A stretch of 64,000 nt of DNA, from NCBI GenBank assembly GCA_964410395.1, contig CAYPGS010000003.1:7112-71111 (forward strand), in the 5' to 3' direction. The translations under genes were made by a program, and so were the position numbers. Source of the DNA: an uncultured bacterium. GTDB lineage: Bacteria; Krumholzibacteriota; Krumholzibacteriia; JACNKJ01. Below are positions 10,601 through 16,913 of the stretch, in pieces. The notes beneath the pieces are model-generated. The model saw only the letters and a program-made list of their open reading frames with translations, was not told the origin of the DNA and did no database searches. The first letter of the stretch is position 1. Each line of letters starts with the position of its first letter.

Positions 10601-10828
10601 ATGCTCGAAAAGAGTCGGCAGGCTCAGTTCCTCAAACCCATGGCCGCTTCGGTCGCCTACGGCCTGCTTTTCGGAACCTTCATCCTGCTGATCATCCTGC
10701 CCACGGGATACCTCGCCATCAATCGCCTTCGTCTGGCCTGGGCTCGCGGAGTCCAGGGCGAGAAGGAAGCGGTCCCCGAATCCGTGGAGCCCGCGGTTCG
10801 CGAACTTACAATGCCCGTGGTCGAATGA
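7667..10828 (+). CDS. RND multidrug efflux transporter permease (AcrB/AcrD/AcrF, HAE1 family), 1053 aa
   Basis: It has the twelve-TM AcrB architecture with two large periplasmic loops. Conserved TM4 and TM10 segments are present ([42 protein letters not shown], and the second repeat [21 protein letters not shown]). Confidence 0.9.
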   Translation: [1053 protein letters not shown]

Positions 10829-10845
10829 CCCCGACGAGGTGAAAC

Positions 10846-12150
10846 ATGACTAGGATAGTGCTACTGCTTCTGATGCTTCCGCTCCTTTCCCTCGCGAGCG
10901 ACGAGATCATGACCTACGAGGATGCTCTCGCCCTCGCACTGGAGCATGACTTCGGTATTCGCCTGGCGCGGGAGAACGCGGAGACCGCGCGCATCCAGGG
11001 TGGCTACGCCAAGAGCGGATTCCTTCCCCGTGTTGATCTGAGTGGTTCCCTTCTGCAGGTCGACGGTTCGGAGGAAAGCAACTCCACGAGCAGCCTGGGC
11101 GACACCGACACTCAATCGCTGAGCGCTGGCATCAGCCTGAGCTGGACGCTCTTTGACGGCTTCCGCATGTTCATCGATCGGGCCCGCCATCGCGAACTCG
11201 AGGCTTTGGGCGAGGCACAGGCGCGCGTCCTCATCGAAGGCCGCATCACGGCCCTGCACGCCGCCTATTTCGATCTCGTGCAGAAGCAGATGCTTCTGGA
11301 TGTGGCTCTCGAATCGCAGAGCCTTTCCTCGGATCGATTCGCCCGTGAAAGGCGCAGCTTCGATCTGGGAGGCATCTCCTCGGCGGACCTGCTAAGTGCC
11401 GAGACGGCGCTCAACAGTGACCGGAGCGCCGTGCTTCAGCAGGAGATCGCCCTGGAGCAGGCGCGCCGGAATCTCGCCCTGATGGTGGGACGGCCCGCAT
11501 CAAACCTGAGGGTGCTCGATGAGATCGAGGTTCCCCTGCTACAAGGTGATCGGGACTTCCTTATCCGCTCGGCCGAGGAACGCAACAGCTCGCTCCGTGT
11601 GGCCGATCTCGACCTGAGTCTGGCCGAGCGCGGCCTCTCCGGCGCCAGGGCGGACTGGTGGCCCAAGCTTTCGCTTAGCGCGGGTTATCAATGGAGCGAT
11701 CGCAGGCTGAGTGGAGATCCGGACCTGCTTCCGGTGGACCTGGAAACCGAAACAAGGGATCTGAGCCTGGGGCTGAACCTCAGCTACAATCTCTTTAACG
11801 GAGATCGCAATCGTCTCGCGGTGCAGATCGCGCGCGCGAGTCTGCGCCAGACCGAGATCGCCCGTGCCGAGGAATTGGCCACCCTGCGATCAGACCTCGA
11901 GGAGGCTTTGCGCATCTGGGAGCGCCGCCTGGACTTGCTCGAGTTGGAGGCCGCCAATGTCCATGCGTCGGAGACTCGCTATCAGGTCGAGGAAGACCGA
12001 TATCGCAACGGCGCGACCACTTCCCTCGAGTACCGCGACGCTCAGCTTGCCCTGGCGCGAGCGCGCAGCGCGGAAATCAGCGCGCGATATCTGGCGCGGG
12101 TCGCACGGGTGGAGATCGATCGGTTGACCGGGAAGATGCTATCGGAATAG
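10846..12150 (+). CDS. TolC-like outer membrane efflux protein (OMF family)
   Basis: It has a signal peptide and the two-repeat alpha-helical/beta-barrel OMF layout. It is the third gene of the MFP-RND-OMF operon. Confidence 0.8.
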   Translation: MTRIVLLLLMLPLLSLASDEIMTYEDALALALEHDFGIRLARENAETARIQGGYAKSGFLPRVDLSGSLLQVDGSEESNSTSSLGDTDTQSLSAGISLSWTLFDGFRMFIDRARHRELEALGEAQARVLIEGRITALHAAYFDLVQKQMLLDVALESQSLSSDRFARERRSFDLGGISSADLLSAETALNSDRSAVLQQEIALEQARRNLALMVGRPASNLRVLDEIEVPLLQGDRDFLIRSAEERNSSLRVADLDLSLAERGLSGARADWWPKLSLSAGYQWSDRRLSGDPDLLPVDLETETRDLSLGLNLSYNLFNGDRNRLAVQIARASLRQTEIARAEELATLRSDLEEALRIWERRLDLLELEAANVHASETRYQVEEDRYRNGATTSLEYRDAQLALARARSAEISARYLARVARVEIDRLTGKMLSE

Positions 12151-13053
12151 AGACCGAAGCCCGCTAAAGCTCGAGGATTCCGCGGCCACCGCTCCCTGTC
12201 GAAAAGCCCAGACTCGAATCTCGACCTCCGCATCGATCTGCTCGATGCGATGACCGATCCACTCCAAGCTGACCTGTTCGCCTCCGTTCCAGCTGAAGAC
12301 CTGTGTGAAATCCTCGTGAGTGGGATGGCGATAGATCGAGCGTGGGTGGATGGTGAAGAAGACCTCGGCCTCGTTCGAGATGCTTCCGTCGCTATAGACC
12401 GGCATGGGCAGGCTAACCGTGCGCTGGGTCTCGCCGAGGGAACTCACGATTTCCGTAGCGCTCGCGAAGGCGATCTCGCTGACCTCGCCCATGGGCAGAT
12501 GGCCAAAGAGCTGCGGCCCATCCTGAACGAAGTGATAGGGGTAGATTAAATCGCTGATCCAGTCGCCGGCGATGGGACCGAAGTTCGCGCCATTGCCCAG
12601 CGGACCCCGCCGGAAGGCCAGTACTTCGATATCCAGTGAGATCGTGCCCGATCCGTCGAAGAGGCCGCCGTACTCCACCTCCAGCATGCCCGTGCCGAAG
12701 TAGGCGATGTCCATCCAGAAGGTGGCGCCGCCGATGGCGATGAGATCTTCCGCCCCGCGCAGATGGGGGATGACGATGAGTTCGTCGAGGCTGGCCACGG
12801 TGCCGTCGTGAAAGACTGGTAACGGCACCTCGAAATCGTAGCTTCCCGGTCCCGGCGGCAGGAAGGCCGGCGTTGAGTACGCCGTGGCGATCTCGCTGAT
12901 CTCGCCCTCGGGGAGTGTGCCGAAGAAAAGCGGACCCACCTGGGTGAAGGTTTTCTCGGGAAAGCTCAGGTTCCAGTAACTATGACCGTGAACGGTCTCG
13001 GCTCCAGCGGCGCTGGCAGCCAGAAGGATCAATAATGCGGTTAAGGTCTTCAT
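12139..13053 (-). CDS. Secreted protein of unknown function containing two tandem copies of an unrecognised ~140-aa domain (GPLxFGxxPxGxxSEIA ... AFRxG)
   Basis: The signal peptide is MKTLTALLILLAASAAGA. The internal duplication is visible as GPLFFGTLPEGEISEIATAYSTP... versus GPQLFGHLPMGEVSEIAFASATEIV..., and the same domain occurs as the single-copy neighbour at 13182-13691. A -10-like TAGAAT lies upstream on the minus strand. Confidence 0.6.
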   Translation of the reverse strand: MKTLTALLILLAASAAGAETVHGHSYWNLSFPEKTFTQVGPLFFGTLPEGEISEIATAYSTPAFLPPGPGSYDFEVPLPVFHDGTVASLDELIVIPHLRGAEDLIAIGGATFWMDIAYFGTGMLEVEYGGLFDGSGTISLDIEVLAFRRGPLGNGANFGPIAGDWISDLIYPYHFVQDGPQLFGHLPMGEVSEIAFASATEIVSSLGETQRTVSLPMPVYSDGSISNEAEVFFTIHPRSIYRHPTHEDFTQVFSWNGGEQVSLEWIGHRIEQIDAEVEIRVWAFRQGAVAAESSSFSGLRSLFR

Positions 13054-13181
13054 GGTCTCACTCGGGTTCAGGTTTCCGTAAGTGGATGCCGAAATGGCCC
13101 ACGAAGATTCTACGAATCAACCCACCGGGCATGACAGCTGAACCACCACTGTACACGTGTACAATCCCGCAGTTCGGAGCC

Positions 13182-13691
13182 CTATTCGAAGAGGGTCTTC
13201 AGCTGCCCGAAGTTCAGCGGCGCGGCGCCGACTGATCCCTCCCGGAATGCGATCGAGGTTATCTCCAGCTTCAGATAAGCGAAGTCCTGCCAGTCAGCGG
13301 AATGGAAGTTGTAGTGCAAATCCGGTCCGCCAGTCCACGTAGCCGAGATTTCCACGATGAAGTCGCTGAAGGTTCGCACGTCGTTGAAACGTACCGCGAA
13401 GAGGATTTCCCACTCGTTGGCGTAAGTACCATCCTCATACTGAGGCACTGGAATGCTCAAGTCGCCACTCGGCCACTGGCTGCTGAAGTCATTTGTGTAA
13501 ACCGTTATCGAATCGAAGGCCACTTCAGCGATGGGACCCTCTGGCACGTATCCGAAGATTAGGGGTCCATCCTGCGCCGCAACATTTCCGAATCTGTAGA
13601 AGTAATAGGACCCTGTTAGGATCTCTGAGAAAGCCGACATGGGGCTGATCAGAAAGATGAGGGTGGATAGAAGCAGCAAGGTCTTTCGCAT
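13182..13691 (-). CDS. Secreted paralog (single copy of the GPLxFG-xPEGxIAEVAF domain), 169 aa
   Basis: It begins MRKTLLLLSTLIFLISPMSAFSE (signal peptide) and contains GPLIFGYVPEGPIAEVAF. The ORF track starts at 13733, but that ATG overlaps the TATAAT box, so the start at 13691 is preferred. Confidence 0.6.
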   Translation of the reverse strand: MRKTLLLLSTLIFLISPMSAFSEILTGSYYFYRFGNVAAQDGPLIFGYVPEGPIAEVAFDSITVYTNDFSSQWPSGDLSIPVPQYEDGTYANEWEILFAVRFNDVRTFSDFIVEISATWTGGPDLHYNFHSADWQDFAYLKLEITSIAFREGSVGAAPLNFGQLKTLFE

Positions 13692-13731
13692 CACATCAAC
13701 CTCCCGGTGGGATTGCTCGAATTGGTTCAAC

Positions 13732-13737
13732 ATTATA
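13732..13737 (-). promoter_or_regulatory. -10 box TATAAT (minus strand) for the 13182-13691 gene
   Basis: Plus-strand attata at 13732-13737 reads as cagcTATAATgttg on the minus strand, about 40 nt upstream of the preferred start codon. Confidence 0.4.
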
Positions 13738-13767
13738 GCTGAAATCGGTATGGAGAGGCAGCCAATC

Positions 13768-13798
13768 GCAAAAACGCCCGGCGTTGCCGCCGGGCGCT
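13768..13798 (-). terminator. Rho-independent terminator (minus strand) downstream of the 13823-16750 gene
   Basis: On the minus strand the sequence reads agcgcccggcggcaacgccgggcgttttt: a GC-rich 9-10-bp stem with a GCAA loop, followed by a T5 run. Confidence 0.65.
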
Positions 13799-13822
13799 CC
13801 CCACACGCGATACTGAAAAACG

Positions 13823-16750
13823 CTATCGAACCAGGGTCACCGAACCACCGGGCATCGAGCGTCCGCCCACGTTGAAGCGGGCCAGATAGACGCCTGCGGG
13901 CATTTCCGTGCCGCGATCGTTCCGGCCGTCCCAGGCGATGTGTCCGCGGCCCTCTCCGAACTCGCTCCCGGCGATGGAGCGCACTCGGCGTCCGCGCACG
14001 TCGAAGATGTCCATGCTCACCTTCGCGCTTGCCGGCAGTTCGAAGGCGAAGCGGGTTTCGCCGCCCGCCGGGTTGGGCCAGGCGCCGCCCGCGCTGAAGG
14101 CGTAGTTCGGGAAGTCCACGCCCGTGCCACCGCCGGGATCGAAGCTGCTTATCCAGGTGGACCAGCTGCCGCCGCCCGGCGTGTACTCGCCGTGGCTCCA
14201 GAAGCTCTTGTTGTCCACGGGGTCCACCGCCATGGAACTATAGTCGCCCCAGCGGCTGCCGCTGTAGCTGCCGCTCGAGGCCTTCGAGAGCACCGGCGCC
14301 TGCATGGTGCCCGGCGTGTCGGTCGGGTTGCGCATGACGCGGTACATGTTCAGATACTCGGTGGTGCTCGAGTAGGTGAAGTTGATGGCGGCCTGTCCGA
14401 AGGCGTTCACGCTGATGGAGCAGAAGCTCGCATAGCCCGTGCCGTTCGGGAGCACGTCACCGGACTGCACCACGAAGGGATCGTTGCCGCTCTCAGGCCA
14501 TCCGTTCAGGTCGATCTCGTACCAGCGCACGGCCAGGGTGTTGCGGGACGAGGTCGGGCAGATGTGATGGGTCGCCCAGAGCTTGCCGTCACGCTCGACG
14601 CAGCTCCAGAAGCGCGACTCGAAAGTGGTGATGGTGGCGCTGGTGCCCTGGCTGCGCACGGAGATGGGATCCCAGTAGGTATCCACCGGGAAGGTGGTGG
14701 ATACCAGGAAGGGCGTCGTGAGCGGATTCTGGATGGAGTAGATCTTCAGGCTGCTGCTCGACCAGAGTTCCGCGTCCTCCAGCATGTACATGCCCAGGTC
14801 CGGGCTGTGGACCACGGGGATGCCATGGCTCTGGGTGCCCGTGTGCAGGTAGTGCTTGGTCACCGGCACGCCGCCGCCCAGCACGCTGCTCTTGTCGATG
14901 ATGAGGATGCCGTACTTGTCGGGGCCGAAGAAATCGGCGGTGAGATAGATCTCACCCGCGGTGACGGCCAGGTTGGGCGAATCGATGTCGTTGTCGGTCC
15001 AGCTGGTCACGTCGATGCGGTATTTGTGCCACTCGCTGGTGCTGTTGGTGGGGGTCGAGTCGACCGAAACGGCCAGCAGGAAGTAGCTGTGGTTGTCGTC
15101 GCCGCGCTCGTTTGCCATGGCCATGAAGCGGCCGCTATGCGGATCGTAGATCACCTCGGGGTCGAAGACGAACCAGTCGGCGTCCCAGAAGGCGTTGCCG
15201 GAGATGTCGTCCTGCCAGAGGAAGGTGCCGTCCTTCTCGTAGCAATTGATGCCTCCGTTGACCATGCCGACCACATGCTCGGGGCCCACGGCCGCGTGGG
15301 GATCCGGAGGCGTCCAGCCGGTACTCGTGAACATGCGGAAGCCCTCGTCGCGGAAGCGACTGCCCTCGAAGCTGGTCTCGGCTTCGTAGATGGGCTCGCC
15401 GGGATCCTCGAAGGTCGGCGGAACGTGGGGCGCGGCGATGCTCATGCGCTCGCCCGCCGGCTGGGGATTGACCTTGGCCCGCAGGTCGCTCATGGCCCAG
15501 GCCGCGCGCTCGGTGAAGCCGACCTCGGGCAGCACCAGGCTGAGATTCGCCGCGGACTTGTCGCCATGGCCGCTGTCGCCGGTCCAGGCCAGGGCCAGGC
15601 GACCATCTTCGCCGTAGGCCAGACGGCGGGCGCCGCTGGCCACGGCCATCATCTGCTTGCCCTCGGCCGTTTCGGTGGCGCGGAAGGCTTCGGAGGCGGC
15701 GATGCCTCCGGCGTCGTAGAGCCGCGCGAAGACGTCGGCGTCGGCGAGATCCTTGCCCGTCCGGTTCCAGGCCAGGGCGAAGGATCCATCGGCGCGCATG
15801 CTGGCCGCCACGCCGTTCTGCGAGATGCCGGCATGGTCGGGATGGATGATCGAGCTCGCGGCCATGCCCTCGGCGTCGAAGAGCTGTGCGGCGGCCGCGT
15901 AGTCGTTGCCCGAGGCCTGCATCCAGGCCAGCACGAAGTTGCCGTCGGCGTCGCAGGACAGCGAGGGTTCGATGCCGCCGGCCACGAGCAGCGCTTCGTC
16001 GTTCGCGGCGCATCCGGCCGCATCGAAGGCGCGACTCATCACGCCCACATGCCCGGCGCCGGGAATCTCGCGGGCCCAGGCCACTCGGAATCCCCCGTCG
16101 AAGGCGGCGACGCTCGCCAGACGATCAAGCACCTGCTCGCCCTCGGACACTTCGATCTCATCGCTGACGGGGTCGCCCGCCGCGTCGAAGAGCCGGGCCA
16201 CGACCCGGGCGCTGCCCGAGTCCGCGGGACGGGTCCAGACCAGCACCCGCTCACCGCCGGGCAGGGTGGCCGCCGAGGAGACCTCGTGCAGTCCCGATCC
16301 CTCGTTCACGGCCAGTTCCGATCCCGAAAGGCTGCGGCTCATGACCGCGGATCCCGGGCCCGTCTGTCCCCAGCTGTCCCAGGCCAGGAAGGCGCCGGAT
16401 TCGTCGAGGGCCAGCACTGGACGCTGCTGGTGTCCCACCATGAACTCGTTCACGTGCACTTCGCCGCCCAGGGCAAGACCCAGGTCGTTCACTTCCCGGG
16501 CGAAGACCCCGTAGCTGCCGGCTTCCTGGCGCCGGCTCTCCCAGGCCGCCATGACCGAGCCGTCGTCCCTCATGTCGAGGGTCACGCGACTCTGCTGGCT
16601 GGAGGTGAAGGTGTTGAGCTGAACGTCGCGCAGGACGTAGCTCGCATCGCCGATCTGCAACTCGGCGGGGGACTGGATTTTGCCTGCGAGGAGAAAGGCG
16701 GCTACGGCGATGACGAGGATCACCGCGCGCCCGATGCGGAACCGGGTCAT
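13823..16750 (-). CDS. Large secreted protein (~975 aa) with C-terminal T9SS (Por type-A) sorting domain; function unknown
   Basis: The signal peptide MTRFRIGRAVILVIAVAAFLLAG begins at the second in-frame ATG. The C-terminus WPNPAGG...VSMDIFDVRGRRVRSI...GVYLARF...GSVTLVR matches the T9SS CTD consensus. A GTGCTATAAT box lies upstream. Confidence 0.75.
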   Translation of the reverse strand: MTRFRIGRAVILVIAVAAFLLAGKIQSPAELQIGDASYVLRDVQLNTFTSSQQSRVTLDMRDDGSVMAAWESRRQEAGSYGVFAREVNDLGLALGGEVHVNEFMVGHQQRPVLALDESGAFLAWDSWGQTGPGSAVMSRSLSGSELAVNEGSGLHEVSSAATLPGGERVLVWTRPADSGSARVVARLFDAAGDPVSDEIEVSEGEQVLDRLASVAAFDGGFRVAWAREIPGAGHVGVMSRAFDAAGCAANDEALLVAGGIEPSLSCDADGNFVLAWMQASGNDYAAAAQLFDAEGMAASSIIHPDHAGISQNGVAASMRADGSFALAWNRTGKDLADADVFARLYDAGGIAASEAFRATETAEGKQMMAVASGARRLAYGEDGRLALAWTGDSGHGDKSAANLSLVLPEVGFTERAAWAMSDLRAKVNPQPAGERMSIAAPHVPPTFEDPGEPIYEAETSFEGSRFRDEGFRMFTSTGWTPPDPHAAVGPEHVVGMVNGGINCYEKDGTFLWQDDISGNAFWDADWFVFDPEVIYDPHSGRFMAMANERGDDNHSYFLLAVSVDSTPTNSTSEWHKYRIDVTSWTDNDIDSPNLAVTAGEIYLTADFFGPDKYGILIIDKSSVLGGGVPVTKHYLHTGTQSHGIPVVHSPDLGMYMLEDAELWSSSSLKIYSIQNPLTTPFLVSTTFPVDTYWDPISVRSQGTSATITTFESRFWSCVERDGKLWATHHICPTSSRNTLAVRWYEIDLNGWPESGNDPFVVQSGDVLPNGTGYASFCSISVNAFGQAAINFTYSSTTEYLNMYRVMRNPTDTPGTMQAPVLSKASSGSYSGSRWGDYSSMAVDPVDNKSFWSHGEYTPGGGSWSTWISSFDPGGGTGVDFPNYAFSAGGAWPNPAGGETRFAFELPASAKVSMDIFDVRGRRVRSIAGSEFGEGRGHIAWDGRNDRGTEMPAGVYLARFNVGGRSMPGGSVTLVR

Positions 16751-16784
16751 GGCATTCCTTTCGGAAGTGGTTTTGGGGTGCACA

Positions 16785-16790
16785 ATTATA
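16785..16790 (-). promoter_or_regulatory. Extended -10 box TGcTATAAT (minus strand)
   Basis: On the minus strand the sequence reads ccgTGCTATAATtgtg, about 35 nt upstream of ATG 16750, with an AAGGA RBS in between. Confidence 0.45.
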
Positions 16791-16825
16791 GCACGGCAAG
16801 ACATGAACTTGAACTTGAACCTGGA

Positions 16826-16860
16826 CGAAAGAACCCTCCCCCAGCAGTGGGGGAGGGTTA
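16826..16860 (-). terminator. Rho-independent terminator (minus strand) after the protease gene
   Basis: A perfect 11-bp inverted repeat aaccctccccc/gggggagggtt with a 6-nt loop is followed on the minus strand by ttcttt. Confidence 0.6.
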
Positions 16861-16862
16861 TG

Positions 16863-16913
16863 GCTGGTTGCTGGCGGCTGGCGGCTGGCAGCTGGCAGCT
16901 GGCAGCTGGCAGC
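16863..16913 (-). repeat. Tandem heptanucleotide repeat (GCTGGCR), about 7 copies, abutting the stop codon of the protease gene
   Basis: The plus-strand sequence is gctggtt gctggcg gctggcg gctggca gctggca gctggca gctggca gcTAc; the last GCT overlaps the TAG stop. A related 4-copy tract lies at 50055-50085, abutting the nadA stop. Confidence 0.8.

Noticed and set aside
16863-16913. Heptamer repeat tracts considered as a CRISPR array
   Set aside because: The repeat unit is 7 nt with no spacers, which is far too short. It is a simple tandem repeat.
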